64,000 bases of DNA from Cyanophyceae cyanobacterium (GTDB lineage Bacteria > Cyanobacteriota > Cyanobacteriia > Cyanobacteriales > Laspinemataceae), in NCBI GenBank assembly GCA_038321985.1, contig JBBQFN010000006.1, positions 128,001 through 192,000 on the forward strand. Direction: 5' to 3'. Below, piece after piece: positions 12,075 through 23,240 of this stretch. The translations under genes and the position numbers were made by a program. How positions within the stretch are numbered: position 1 is the first letter of the stretch; the number at the start of each line of letters is the position of its first letter. The notes under the pieces were generated by a model. That model saw only the letters and a program-made list of their open reading frames with translations. It had not been told where the DNA came from and made no database searches.

Positions 12075-12889
12075 GCATTATCCTAACTCCACCGCCAAGG
12101 GATTGGTTCCTCAATAATGGGGGGTATGATCCAGTACATTCCCGCGATCGTACCGTCGCAATTGTCACACCCTCTCCCCTGCGAACCCCCATCCGTAAAT
12201 GCACTATTGTAAGGATCTTAGCTGCCGGTTAACACCCTCTCCCGTGAGGGAGCTATTACTTTTCCCTGGCACACATTCATCACTTTGACAGTTCCTCCAT
12301 TTCACAGAGCACTGGCGGATAGACTCCATTTAGCCCTCTTTTGATTCCGGCTACTTTACCTTTAAATATTAATACCTGTTGACCCTCTTTTTACTTTATT
12401 ACTCCTTTTTGTCGAAGATTTATTTTCGATACAAAGTTTTAATCTATCTTTAGGGAGATGACATTCAAAAAAATCTTTACTAATGTCTTTTTTTTATAAG
12501 ATTTAACCCTAATTTTAGACCCTGCATCATGGGTTCAAATATCCAATAAATGGTAAGTTATTATTTTAGTTTTTAGCTCCACTGATTTATAAAAGTTATT
12601 TAAGAGTTATTTATCCTAAAATCTTAAAAAGTGATGTAGATAACAGCTATTTTTCACAAAGGCTGTTATGCCCGTATTGTCCCTTCCGTTAGAAATGGAT
12701 TGAGTTGAGCTCAGTTCCCCAAAATTTCCCTTTCTCCCGGGCAGAATCTTCCCCAACCTCATCTTACCTGCTTCTAAAAATCCCGTCTTGAACCCTAAAT
12801 TTATACCCCTGGCTCCCCCTAGCTTGAGGGGGACCTCTTCCCCCTTAGGTCAGAAGTCTAGTCAAGGAAAACCCCTCGGCGATCGCCCT

Positions 12890-13846
12890 TCATTTTTCCG
12901 AGTTTTTATTATAATCTACCCGCCGCATTCTCAGTTGAATATCTTCCAGTAACTTCCGATTAACCGCTAATAAATCAGCAACCAAGCCCAAAATAATCAA
13001 CTGAACACCAATCAGAATTAAAATAGCCGCTAAAATCAAACTCGGAAGCCGGGTCCGGTCAGTCCCCACTAAAAAAAAGCCTAACCATCGAATTCCCAAG
13101 GCAACGCCTAAGCCCAGGGGAAAACTCCCCAGAATCAGGAAGAATCGCAAGGGTTTATAGGTCATGAAAATTCTAAAAATAGTAAAAATAGAACGTTTGA
13201 TATAACTGGGAATACTCTTAACTAATCGAGAGGGTCGTAGCTCGCCATTCGTTCGGATGGGGACTGAAGTAATCCCCATTCCTTTCTGTCCTGCTTGAAT
13301 AATTGTTTCTAACGTATAGGTATATTGATTAAAGACATTTAACTGCATCGCCGCTTCACGACTAAAAGCCCGAAATCCGCTAGGAGCATCGGGTATTCTC
13401 GTATTACTAGCTAGACGCACGACCCAACTGCCCAGCCGTTGCAATAATTTTTTGGTCGGGGAAAAATGCTCGATATCTTGAATCGGACGCGCACCGATGA
13501 CAATTTCCGCATTTCCTAAGAGAATCGGTTGAATCAAAGTGGGGATATCTTCAGCACAATATTGATTGTCAGCATCGGTATTTACAATAATATCCGCTCC
13601 GGCTTTGAGAGAGCCTTCCAACCCCGCCATAAATGCTTTTGCCAACCCTTGATTCTTACTAAGACGAACAATATGTTCAACGCCACAAGATTTGGCAACT
13701 TCAACGGTGCGATCGCGACTGCCATCGTCAATCACCAACCACTCAATTTTATCAATACCCGGTAGCTGACGGGGGAGTTGGCTGAGGGTAAGTCCCAGAG
13801 TCCGTTCTTCGTTATAACAGGGAATTTGAATGATTAATTTTATCAT
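12890..13846 (-). CDS. Glycosyltransferase family 2 (DPM1-like) with C-terminal TM helices
   Basis: IQIPCYNEE, IDDGSRD, NTDADNQY, DAPSGFRA. Confidence 0.92.
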   Translation of the reverse strand: MIKLIIQIPCYNEERTLGLTLSQLPRQLPGIDKIEWLVIDDGSRDRTVEVAKSCGVEHIVRLSKNQGLAKAFMAGLEGSLKAGADIIVNTDADNQYCAEDIPTLIQPILLGNAEIVIGARPIQDIEHFSPTKKLLQRLGSWVVRLASNTRIPDAPSGFRAFSREAAMQLNVFNQYTYTLETIIQAGQKGMGITSVPIRTNGELRPSRLVKSIPSYIKRSIFTIFRIFMTYKPLRFFLILGSFPLGLGVALGIRWLGFFLVGTDRTRLPSLILAAILILIGVQLIILGLVADLLAVNRKLLEDIQLRMRRVDYNKNSEK

Positions 13847-14163
13847 AGAACCCTTTAGAGTTTAGCGCTTAGATTTTAGCGTTTAGATGCCCGATCTGGA
13901 TGAAGAAATTGGGGGAGTACGGGAAAAAGTAGCTCTCGTATCCTGGCGATCGCACTGCTGCGAGCAATTGGCGCGATTAGCGCCGGGTCCTGGGGGACAG
14001 TCGGGAAGCCTCACGAAGCCAGGTTACTTCGCTTGAGCCAAGTAACCCACAAAAAGGAGGGATAGACTTCTCCCCTCCTCGGGATCTTCCCAATCTGCTA
14101 TGATTAAAACGGCTTGAAACTCAAGTACCAAACCATACACCCGCTCACTGCAACAGACAGATT

Positions 14164-14502
14164 ATGCCGCTCTATACTTATTTCTGTCCTAGTACCAATC
14201 AAAAACTGGACGTAACTCACTCCATTAAAGATAAAGCGCAAACTTGGGGAGAATTATGTCAGTTGGCAAACCTCGAACCCGGTGAGACGCCTCTATCTAC
14301 GCCGGTGCGTCGTCTGATCAGCGCCCCTGCGGTGATGTTCCCCACCGGCAACAGCGAACTCAAAAGCAACGGGTTCAGCAAGTTGGTGAAGCGGGAAGAT
14401 GGGGTTTATGAAAATGTAACGGCAACCGATGGAGAAAGCCGGATTGTTCGACCCGGCGATCGCAGCACTTATCCGGATTTAAAGAAGAAAATACCCGATT
14501 AA
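14164..14502 (+). CDS. FmdB-like (degenerate zinc-ribbon) small protein
   Basis: MPLYTYFC N-terminus and VRRLISAP, typical of the FmdB family. Only two Cys are retained. Confidence 0.65.
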   Translation: MPLYTYFCPSTNQKLDVTHSIKDKAQTWGELCQLANLEPGETPLSTPVRRLISAPAVMFPTGNSELKSNGFSKLVKREDGVYENVTATDGESRIVRPGDRSTYPDLKKKIPD

Positions 14503-14801
14503 AGTAGTATAATCATAGATCCCTTAACTTTGAGTACCTAAAAGCTGAGTTTAAATGATTCAGCTCTAGTTTTTAATGGCGATTTTTAAGGGGTATTTTT
14601 AATGGCGATCGCCGTAAACTCCCCTCTAGCATCACGAGTAGATAAAGATTGCCCTAAAATTTGCAGCCTAAAGCAATTATTTCAAAATCAGCTTTTTTTG
14701 TAAATCCAGCCATTTGATAAAATTTGACCTATATTTAAGAACAAGTACAAAGTCATAGAGTCTTTGTATTCCGGGGCCTTATTGTATATCGGAAACAACT
14801 C

Positions 14802-16385
14802 ATGCGTGTCTTACTTTTATATCCACTTTTTCCCAAAAGTTTCTGGTCCTTTGAAAAAGCCTTAGCTTTAGTCGATCGCAAAGCCCTACTGCCGCCCCTG
14901 TGTTTGATCACCGTGGCTGCATTATTACCTCAGGAATGGGAATACAAACTGGCTGATCGCAATATTCGCCATATCACAGAGGAAGAATGGGAGTGGGCGG
15001 ATTTGGTGATTTTATCCGCCATGATCGTTCAACAAGAAGATTTTCTGGCCCTGATTCGAGAAGCTAAACAACGCGGGAAACAGGTCGCTGTGGGTGGCCC
15101 TTATGTTACCTCTATACCGGATGAGGCAAAAGCAGCCGGTGCCGATTATCTCATTGTAGACGAAGGGGAAATCACCCTGCCGATGTTTGTTGAAGCCTTA
15201 GAACGGGGGGAAAAAACCGGCACTTTTAGCGCTGATGGGGAAAAAGCAGACGTCACTCAAACACCGATCCCCCGCTTTGATTTATTGGATCGGTATGCTT
15301 ATGATACGATGGCGATCCAGTTTTCGCGGGGTTGTCCTTTTCAATGTGAATTCTGCGATATTATTGTTCTCTACGGACGTAAATCTCGCACTAAAAACCC
15401 TGCCCAAATATTAGCAGAACTCGATCGCATCTTGGAATTGGGGTTCACTCAAGCGGTTTTTCTTGTAGATGACAACTTTATTGGCAATAAGCGCAACGTT
15501 AAACTATTGCTTAAAGAGTTAAAAGCATGGCAAGAAAAAAATCACTATCCTTTCCGCTTAATTACCGAAGCCTCGGTAGATTTGGCCCAAGATGCAGAAT
15601 TGCTAGACATGATGGTGGATTGCAATTTCTATGTGGTCTTTTTAGGAATTGAAACCCCCGATGAAGAAAGTTTAACCCTCACTAAAAAGTTTCAAAATAC
15701 CCGAGATTCCCTCAGTGATTCAGTCCAAGCCATTACCAAAGCGGGAATGCGCGTGATGGCCGGATTTATTATTGGCTTTGATGGAGAAAAACCGGGGGCA
15801 GGCGATCGCATCGTCCAGTTTGTGGAAAACACCTCGATTCCAATGGCAATGTTCAGTATGTTGCAAGCCCTTCCCAATACGGCCCTCTGGCATCGGTTAC
15901 AGAAAGAAGGGCGATTAAATACTGAAATTGCCAACGGTAACCAAACTACTTTAATGAATTTTATTCCCACCCGCCCCCTGGAAGAAATTGCCCGAGAATA
16001 TATAGATGGATTTTGGAAACTGTACGATGCTCAACCTTATTTAGACCGCACTTATCGTCATTTTATGATGATGGGAAAACCCCGCAATCCAGTCCCCCGG
16101 CGTCGCATGAACTGGCCTACTGTTCGGGCATTTTTCACCATTTGCTGGCGGCAAGGAATGGTTCGTTCAACCCGTGGGAAATTTTGGATTTATTTGTTTA
16201 ATATTCTCCGTCACAATCCCGGAGTAGTGGATCATTATTTAGCGGTGTGCGGACTCTTTGAACACTTTGGCGAATATCGGACCATTGTGCGAGACCAAAT
16301 TGAAAGTCAACTGGCTGAATATTTAGCCTTACAACAAGAGAGTGAAGCCTATAAAGCTGACCGAGAAGAGTCCGTGTTGGCTTAA
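14802..16385 (+). CDS. B12-binding domain radical SAM protein (DUF4070 C-terminus)
   Basis: RGCPFQCEFC CxxxCxxC motif, N-terminal cobalamin-binding VAVGGPY, DDNFIGN. Confidence 0.92.
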   Translation: MRVLLLYPLFPKSFWSFEKALALVDRKALLPPLCLITVAALLPQEWEYKLADRNIRHITEEEWEWADLVILSAMIVQQEDFLALIREAKQRGKQVAVGGPYVTSIPDEAKAAGADYLIVDEGEITLPMFVEALERGEKTGTFSADGEKADVTQTPIPRFDLLDRYAYDTMAIQFSRGCPFQCEFCDIIVLYGRKSRTKNPAQILAELDRILELGFTQAVFLVDDNFIGNKRNVKLLLKELKAWQEKNHYPFRLITEASVDLAQDAELLDMMVDCNFYVVFLGIETPDEESLTLTKKFQNTRDSLSDSVQAITKAGMRVMAGFIIGFDGEKPGAGDRIVQFVENTSIPMAMFSMLQALPNTALWHRLQKEGRLNTEIANGNQTTLMNFIPTRPLEEIAREYIDGFWKLYDAQPYLDRTYRHFMMMGKPRNPVPRRRMNWPTVRAFFTICWRQGMVRSTRGKFWIYLFNILRHNPGVVDHYLAVCGLFEHFGEYRTIVRDQIESQLAEYLALQQESEAYKADREESVLA

Positions 16386-16450
16386 TTACAAAGTGTCAAA
16401 TGGGGTGCGTGATAGCTGAACGCACCCGAAATTTTTATCCATCTTTCCGA

Positions 16451-16924
16451 TTAGCGATCGCTTGGATTAAGCTGAAGCATTGCCCAAGTCGTATAAGTAC
16501 CAATTGGACTCCAAATCATATAAGGGATTAATAACACGACTGCCCACATTGAAATCGGCCAAACACTCAATGCTAACAAATAACTGAGTAAGGCTCCGGT
16601 CCCGCCAATAATCGTCCCCACCATCAGGCTTTTAAGTTTGCACATTACCGGGGTATAAGAAATGGTAACTATTTCCAGAATCAAATAAAACGCCATTAAA
16701 ACCCAGGTCAGTTTACTGCCTGGATCCGCTTCCCAAACCAGATAAGCGGACCAACCGGCACAAATAAAAATTACACTCCAAATAATCGGAATTGCCCGTT
16801 CAAAGGTCAACCATCGCGGACGCTGCAAGCGATTAAACCAGCTAATATCCGCCCCAGTCAAAGCACTACCCAGACCCGCTACCAATGTGCCGACGACTGC
16901 TATAACGATCCAAGATTTTATCAT
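16451..16924 (-). CDS. tspO: TspO/MBR family membrane protein
   Basis: WFNRLQRPRW, IPIIWSVI, LLIPYMIW; about five TM segments. Confidence 0.85.
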   Translation of the reverse strand: MIKSWIVIAVVGTLVAGLGSALTGADISWFNRLQRPRWLTFERAIPIIWSVIFICAGWSAYLVWEADPGSKLTWVLMAFYLILEIVTISYTPVMCKLKSLMVGTIIGGTGALLSYLLALSVWPISMWAVVLLIPYMIWSPIGTYTTWAMLQLNPSDR

Positions 16925-17051
16925 ACCTCTACCCCCTCCATTTCGGTTTATATTTTCTTCTTTAGTATATCCTTAATTTGGGGGGTTTAGTCAATAATTG
17001 CTGTTGTTTCAATCAAGAAATTGCTTCGGTGGTTACTCCGAATTGGAGAAA

Positions 17052-18650
17052 TTACCCGAGGGAGTACATCCAGCCATCTCGGGCGCAAATTCTGATAATA
17101 CCGTCCCAGACAATTGGGGTGGATTCAAAGGAAATACCGGGTAAAAAATGTTCCGCTTTTTCCACCGTTAAACGATAAAATTGGCCTTTTTGATTAGGAA
17201 CAGCGTTAGGGCGATCGCCTTCTGTTTCTTCAAAGTGTAAATTAAATAAATACACTCCATTATATCCAGCCGCGATCAGTTTATTGCCATCGGTAAAAAT
17301 CGGAGTAGAAATAGAACCTCCAATATTAGTTTGAAATAAAATCAAGGGCGTGTCATAGTCTTTTTTGAGCCAAGGTCCTTTAACTTTTTGTCCCGTTACT
17401 TGAGTTTGTGACCCGATATAAAAGTTACCATCAATGGCACTGGTGGCAAACAAGGGGGGAAATTCTCCGTCCGGGTTATATTCATCATTGAGGGCTGTTG
17501 ACCCCACAATCCCTCCTCGCCAGCCGCTAAAGTTGCGATTATCCGTGGGGAAAAACCAGTCTATAGCGTTCTCTTCAGGTTGGGTTGGATTAAGTTTAAA
17601 TACGCCCCCTTTACCCGGAATATATTGTTTTTCAATGGCACAAAAAAGTTTTTTATCTTTGGAAATCACCACGCTGCCATCAATATCAGACCCGGTAAAA
17701 AAATTCCAGACAATTTCTCGGCTTTCTAAATTAATGCCATAAATATGACCGGAACCGGCCGCTATAAATATGGTATTATCGAGTCGGGCGGGGGAAGATT
17801 CGGTGACGATATTGCCCCCCTGACGGAGACTATCTCGGCTTTCATAAAGTTGAACTTCAGCTAAAATTTCCGGTTGGCGAATGCCAGATTTGAGGGTAGC
17901 AGCATTGGTGGTACTATTCAAAAAATAACCAATGCTATTTTCTCCGGCATTGAATAAGACGCCGTTGCCTAAATCCAAGGCGCTGCTATCGTTATCTCGG
18001 CTATAACTGGCGGTTTTTCTAATATCTAGTTTCCAGAGTTCTTTCCCTGTTCTAAAGGAAATGGCGCGAAAGCTGGGGATAGGACCGGAGGAGGTGAGGG
18101 AATTATGAATTCCTAAACGACTCCCTTGTAAGACAACAAGGCGATTCTCTTCGGTGGCATTTTCATCGATATAAATACTGCTGCTTCCTTTAAGGACATC
18201 ATCAAACTGATAAGTCCAAACCACTTGGTGAGTTTCAATATCAATTTTTCTTAAACTGTGGTTGTATGCACCAATGGTTAAATAAATTTTGCCTCCGTCT
18301 CGGGTTAGGGTGGGTTGTCCCGTCCATCCGGCACCACTCCAGGTTTTCCAGATGCCGACTCGGGTTTTGCCGGTTCCCAGAGCAAATTTATCGAGGAGAT
18401 TTAACCCTCGGGGAATCCCTCTGCCATAAAATCGGCGTTGGTCATTTCCGAGAAAGGTAGGGATTAATAATTCCGTATCTGGGGACAGTCCGGCGATCGC
18501 CTGGTTGACGGTTTCGGTAACCCTGGGTAACAGATTTTTGGGAGGTTGGTTCGGGGTTTTACCTCCACATCCTTGTAGAACGGTCGGCCCCAAAGAACCC
18601 ATTAAAAATAGAAGCGCGTTTTTGTTGAAGGTTCGCCGGTTAAAAGTCAT
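17052..18650 (-). CDS. Tat-exported lipoprotein with PQQ-like beta-propeller repeats
   Basis: NRRTFNK twin-arginine, lipobox LQGC, repeats such as GKELWKL, REIVWNF, ESTPIVWDG..ICARDGWMY. Confidence 0.7.
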   Translation of the reverse strand: MTFNRRTFNKNALLFLMGSLGPTVLQGCGGKTPNQPPKNLLPRVTETVNQAIAGLSPDTELLIPTFLGNDQRRFYGRGIPRGLNLLDKFALGTGKTRVGIWKTWSGAGWTGQPTLTRDGGKIYLTIGAYNHSLRKIDIETHQVVWTYQFDDVLKGSSSIYIDENATEENRLVVLQGSRLGIHNSLTSSGPIPSFRAISFRTGKELWKLDIRKTASYSRDNDSSALDLGNGVLFNAGENSIGYFLNSTTNAATLKSGIRQPEILAEVQLYESRDSLRQGGNIVTESSPARLDNTIFIAAGSGHIYGINLESREIVWNFFTGSDIDGSVVISKDKKLFCAIEKQYIPGKGGVFKLNPTQPEENAIDWFFPTDNRNFSGWRGGIVGSTALNDEYNPDGEFPPLFATSAIDGNFYIGSQTQVTGQKVKGPWLKKDYDTPLILFQTNIGGSISTPIFTDGNKLIAAGYNGVYLFNLHFEETEGDRPNAVPNQKGQFYRLTVEKAEHFLPGISFESTPIVWDGIIRICARDGWMYSLG

Positions 18651-19033
18651 GGGTAAAAAACCTAAAAAATTAGGAAATGGGGACCGATCGCCTCAGGATG
18701 GACAAATTAGCAGGACCTTATCTGATAGCATCGGAGGCGATCGCTTACAGTGAACAGTCAGTTAAAAGACTTTTTTTTGGGGTTAAAATTGAGAATGACG
18801 ATATCATCCTACCGGAAACTGCAATGAAACTGTTAGGGGCGATGGAACTGTTGAGGTCTAGCAACGTCTACAAATTCTATATTGTGAGTCAATAGACCGC
18901 ATGGAAAAATTACAATGAAACTCCCCCAGCCCCTTTTATTAAATGGCTTTCGTGGACAGAGGTTCTCTGATAGAAGAAAACTTTGGCAAGACGGGGGGAG
19001 TTCGGAAATTATGCAATGGGTCTAATATTTTGA

Positions 19034-20020
19034 TTGAATACCACGAGTGTTAAAGGGATGAAAGCACAGAGGTTATTATTGAGTATTGTCACTGCTGGGG
19101 CGATCGCCATGAATGGTCTGGTCACGCCTCCATTACCTACCGTTGCCGCCGAATTTAGTGCGGACGAACAAAGTAGTATCAATGTTTACCAACAGGCAAG
19201 TCCTTCGGTGGTGACGATCCGCATTGGCCGCAGTGGTGGATCCGGGAGTATCATCAGTGCCGATGGCCTAGTCTTAACGAATGATCACGTCGTGGGGTCG
19301 GCGCGTAATGGGCGCGTGGAGGTGGTCACCAGTACGGGGCAGACTTACATCGGCGACGTGATTGCCAGCGATCGCCGCAATGATTTAGCCTTAGTGCGAC
19401 TCCAAACCAGCGATCGCTTGCCCGCGTTACGGTTGGCAAGTCGAGAGGGGATTCAAATCGGCCAGCGTGTCTATGCGATCGGTAGCCCGTTTGGACTCTC
19501 CGGAACCTTTACCACAGGTATTCTCAGCCGGATTGCCGAAAATGGGGATTTACAAACCGATGCCGCCATCAATCCGGGTAATTCCGGCGGCCCTTTGCTT
19601 AATTCTAATGGAGAACTGATTGGGGTCAATAAGGCAATTTTAAGCGCGGGTCGAGGGGGAAATATTGGGATTGGGTTTGCTACGAGTGCCACTGTTGCCC
19701 AGGATTTCATCGCCTCAAATCGCTCCCGGACCGTGGCCCAGGGGACTTCTAGGACGCCCTCTCCCTCGTCATCTGGCTCAACTTCTCCCCCGCCACGGTT
19801 AGGGGTAGAGGTGAATTCGGGATTAGTGATTCAGTCTGTGGAACGCGGTTCAGTGGCGGCGCAAATTGGCTTGCGGTCCGGCGATCGCTTGGTAGGGGTG
19901 AATGGGACCCGTTTGCAGCGAATTGAACAACTGCTGGCGTTTTTAAATACCCGTCCGGATTCGGCAGTGTTTACCATCAGTCGAGGACGGCGCGTCGCCA
20001 ATGTGCAGGTAAATTTTTAA
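19034..20020 (+). CDS. HtrA/DegP-like trypsin serine protease with PDZ domain
   Basis: LTNDHVV, DLALV, TDAAINPGNSGGPL catalytic triad; C-terminal PDZ (GLRSGD); signal peptide. Confidence 0.92.
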   Translation: MNTTSVKGMKAQRLLLSIVTAGAIAMNGLVTPPLPTVAAEFSADEQSSINVYQQASPSVVTIRIGRSGGSGSIISADGLVLTNDHVVGSARNGRVEVVTSTGQTYIGDVIASDRRNDLALVRLQTSDRLPALRLASREGIQIGQRVYAIGSPFGLSGTFTTGILSRIAENGDLQTDAAINPGNSGGPLLNSNGELIGVNKAILSAGRGGNIGIGFATSATVAQDFIASNRSRTVAQGTSRTPSPSSSGSTSPPPRLGVEVNSGLVIQSVERGSVAAQIGLRSGDRLVGVNGTRLQRIEQLLAFLNTRPDSAVFTISRGRRVANVQVNF

Positions 20021-20077
20021 GCCGCAGTCGCCGGGGTTCTTCCGAAATGCGATCGTCACAATACTTTGGGTTCAATT

Positions 20078-20113
20078 AACAAAACCCCAGCAAAATAATG
20101 TTGGGGTTTTGTT
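20078..20113. terminator. Bidirectional intrinsic terminator
   Basis: AACAAAACCCCA ... TGGGGTTTTGTT between convergent genes. Confidence 0.65.
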
Positions 20114-20170
20114 GGGGTATTTTAAGGTGAGGAGATGAGCCGGGATTTTTCCCCCTCCGAGAAAACTATT

Positions 20171-20563
20171 TTAGAAGTAGCGGACAATCAGGGGAACTAA
20201 GGCTTCCATGGTTTCTCCCGTCACGAGATCGCGGACTCGGGCTTGACGGAAAGCGGTGCGTCCCGTGTAGGAGAAAATGCTTCGTGAACTCATCTCTCCA
20301 ATTAATTCGACTAATTCATAGCGGCCATCAGAACTGCTGTCTGTGGTCATGATACTCCCACGAGAGGCGCGACCCCCAGTGCGATCGAGAATCACTGGTA
20401 AAGAGCGAATCACGGGGTAGGCTATACCTTCATAGGTTAAGACTTTTTCTGTAAAAGCCTGGAAGGGTCTTTGAGCCGATGCAGCTTGAGGGAAGCTGAA
20501 ACCAGCCGCTAGGGCCAGTCCGATCCCGAATAAAGCGCCTTGAATCTTGACCGAATTTCTCAT
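20171..20563 (-). CDS. Hypothetical secreted protein
   Basis: Sec-like signal peptide (MRNSVK...AASA); ATG ORF in an otherwise intergenic space. Confidence 0.65.
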   Translation of the reverse strand: MRNSVKIQGALFGIGLALAAGFSFPQAASAQRPFQAFTEKVLTYEGIAYPVIRSLPVILDRTGGRASRGSIMTTDSSSDGRYELVELIGEMSSRSIFSYTGRTAFRQARVRDLVTGETMEALVPLIVRYF

Positions 20564-20874
20564 GGATTTTAAGGGTAAAGGATAGACGAATAATTACAAA
20601 ATAATCCTTATTTGGCATTTAGCCAAATATCTAGGGCTCTTTTCCCGTGGATTGACCCCCAGAGGATCCGGAAAGTTCCGACAGCTTGATTGGCGGGGTT
20701 TTCACTGGGGGCACTGACCTGCTTCGGGAAGAAAGTTGGGGGTTTTTTTGGATGCGCGGCGATCGCCCTCCCCCAAACCCCGCCAAATTATCAAGAAATA
20801 TTGACTTACCCTTCTGTCCAGAAACCAGCCCAGAAGCTCACTCGCTGGTTTCTCAGGTGCCCAGGGCGAACGGA

Positions 20875-22692
20875 TTATGGGACAGATTGCCAATTTTCAT
20901 TATCAATCAGACTCGGGCGTTCTGCACGATTGGGAAACATTTCCCCGAAACCCCGTTCCCGCTGAACCGGCGTTTCGTCAGACCAATTCCACATACTTTC
21001 ATAGAAAAAGAATGAAACTCCCGCAAACCCTTTTTCCCGAACGACCTCTACCTGTTCTTGAATTTGACTCATCGGAATCGGACGACCTTTTAACCCACTT
21101 AAAATTCCAATCCCCACGGGAATATTTCGCCGTGCAGCTTGCACTTCAGGCCGGTCTAATTCTTCGATAAAGACATTAATATCATTCCGATAGAGTTGTA
21201 AGACAATTTCCTCCACTAATCCCCGTCTTTCCCAGGTTGCCCAATCCGCTAGATAATATTCATAAGAAAACTCTTGGGGATTGGGAGATAAACTAACGAT
21301 CGCCTTGGGTCTTTTTGCTTTAATTTCTCGGAACAGCCTTGCCTTAAATTCCGTGATTTTATCCGCCCGCCAGCGCAACCAAGCCGGATCTTTGGGGTCT
21401 AGCGGGGGGGAATTGCCGTTATGTTCTTTTTTGTAGAGGGTTACGGTATAATCATCATAACCATATTCTGAAGGTAACCCTAAATGGTCATCCAGTTGGA
21501 TGCCATCCACTTCATAATTAGTAACCATTTCTACAATTAAATCGATGATGAACTGTTGGACTTCGGGATGGAAGGGATTAAGCCAAACCCGAGGATGTTC
21601 TCCTTCCATATTAATTTCGGTCCCATCACTGCGCTCAGTAATCCAGTGGGGATGACGGCGAGCTAGTTCTGATTCTGCGGGGGCCATAAAGCCAAATTCA
21701 AACCAAGGAATCACCCGCAATCCATTTTTTTTACCTTCTGCGATCGCCTCTTTGAGCATATCTCGTCCTTGTCCAAGATTGGGGTCAAGGTTGGGATCAA
21801 GGGGAGTGACTAGACGCATCGATTGTCCCGTCGCTCGTTCCGCAACTTTACTTGGATATAAGGTATATCCCCAATTCCAAACTGTGGGATAAACCGTGTT
21901 AAAATTAAGTTCAGCAAGTCGTTTCATTGCCCGTTCTAAGTTGCTTCGGGAAAAGAGAACATCGCTATCAATATTCGTTAACCACACCCCCCGAATTTCT
22001 GAATTGGGGATAGGAATTGGCGCAGTAGCAACATACTGGGAGGGGAGGGGAGAAGTCCGCCCCATCAGGGTTTGACAGAGAAAAGCCGAGACATCTGCAC
22101 GAGTTGCCGCCCGATCGCTCTCCAAACGGCGCAGATTAGGGTAATTAACAATTAGACGTTTTTCAGTTGCTGCCGCAATCGCCCTGCGTGCATAATTAGG
22201 AATCTGTGCCGCATCATCAAACATCTGAGATAGCACCTCCTCCGGTTGCCGTAGCGGGGAATAATTCAATCCACTCACTAAACTCACCCATGCCTGAACC
22301 CGAGGGATATTTTCAGTCGGATTAAAGCGATTTCCCGGATATCCTGACAAAAACCCCCGTTGATAAGCCGTGCGAATCGCAGGAGTTGCCCAATAATTGC
22401 TAGGAACATCCGTAAAAGCAACTGCATCCCGTCCTGCCGCAGCATTAGGAAATGCAACATCCAACATCGTCGCAAATTCTGCTCTTGTCACCGGCGCATT
22501 CGGACGAAATGTACCGTCTTGATACCCATTAATAATCCGCCGAGTTTTCAACGTTTCAATGCAAGATTGCGCCCAATATCCTTGTACATCCCTAAAAGAG
22601 GATTGTCCCTTTGCCGGTAGAGTTACCCCAGGAATCAGAGAGAGACTCAGCAGAAATACCGGGAGAAATTGCTTGTGATGGAACTGAAACAT
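20875..22692 (-). CDS. SLH-domain glycosyl hydrolase-like 10 (DUF187/GHL10) protein
   Basis: SLH repeats (INGYQDGTFRPNAPVTRAEF, LSGYPGNRFNP) followed by EIRGVWLTN, IPWFEFG, DGIQLDDH. ATG at 22692 precedes a signal peptide; the ORF track extends to 22791. Confidence 0.88.
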   Translation of the reverse strand: MFQFHHKQFLPVFLLSLSLIPGVTLPAKGQSSFRDVQGYWAQSCIETLKTRRIINGYQDGTFRPNAPVTRAEFATMLDVAFPNAAAGRDAVAFTDVPSNYWATPAIRTAYQRGFLSGYPGNRFNPTENIPRVQAWVSLVSGLNYSPLRQPEEVLSQMFDDAAQIPNYARRAIAAATEKRLIVNYPNLRRLESDRAATRADVSAFLCQTLMGRTSPLPSQYVATAPIPIPNSEIRGVWLTNIDSDVLFSRSNLERAMKRLAELNFNTVYPTVWNWGYTLYPSKVAERATGQSMRLVTPLDPNLDPNLGQGRDMLKEAIAEGKKNGLRVIPWFEFGFMAPAESELARRHPHWITERSDGTEINMEGEHPRVWLNPFHPEVQQFIIDLIVEMVTNYEVDGIQLDDHLGLPSEYGYDDYTVTLYKKEHNGNSPPLDPKDPAWLRWRADKITEFKARLFREIKAKRPKAIVSLSPNPQEFSYEYYLADWATWERRGLVEEIVLQLYRNDINVFIEELDRPEVQAARRNIPVGIGILSGLKGRPIPMSQIQEQVEVVREKGFAGVSFFFYESMWNWSDETPVQRERGFGEMFPNRAERPSLIDNENWQSVP

Positions 22693-23173
22693 AGGTAGAA
22701 AGTCCTGAACAGTTAAAACAGAGGAATCGGGGACTAATTGCCACAGGAGAATCCCATCTAACCATAGTCCTGTCACTATTAGACACCACATTAGAACAGA
22801 TTTCGGGATTCACCCCTTCCCATAAACCCCAATCCCAGTTAGTAGTAATGACTTTAGTCGTTCTCCCCAAGGGTTGCAAAAACCAGGGGGACTTTCCAGG
22901 TCCCTCCCTTTATTTAAGCGGGGCTAGGGGGAGCGAATAGACGTATTTCATGAATGGGAAAATTGCTATAGTTTTATAGGGTAACGGGCTTGAGTTTAGA
23001 TTCAATAATTAGAGTCAATAAAAGGCATCCGGGGGTAAATTTATTCTAAATGTGAGAATAAGATGCCTTAAAATAACAAAAGGTAGGCAATGCCTACCTT
23101 TTAAATCTACTATATCCGTTTGCAGGGACTTTTTTAGGGGTTTGATAAAGGATAATCAGGGACAATAACAACC

Positions 23174-23203
23174 AACCGGCGGGGATTTGAACCCCCAGCG
23201 GTT
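23174..23203. repeat. Dispersed palindromic element (AACCGGCGGG...CGGTT), related copy at 62741-62770
   Basis: Similar stems and loops at two loci, both downstream of genes. Confidence 0.5.
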
Positions 23204-23240
23204 GTGACCCTTTGGAAAAATGTCTGAAGAGAAGGTGGAT

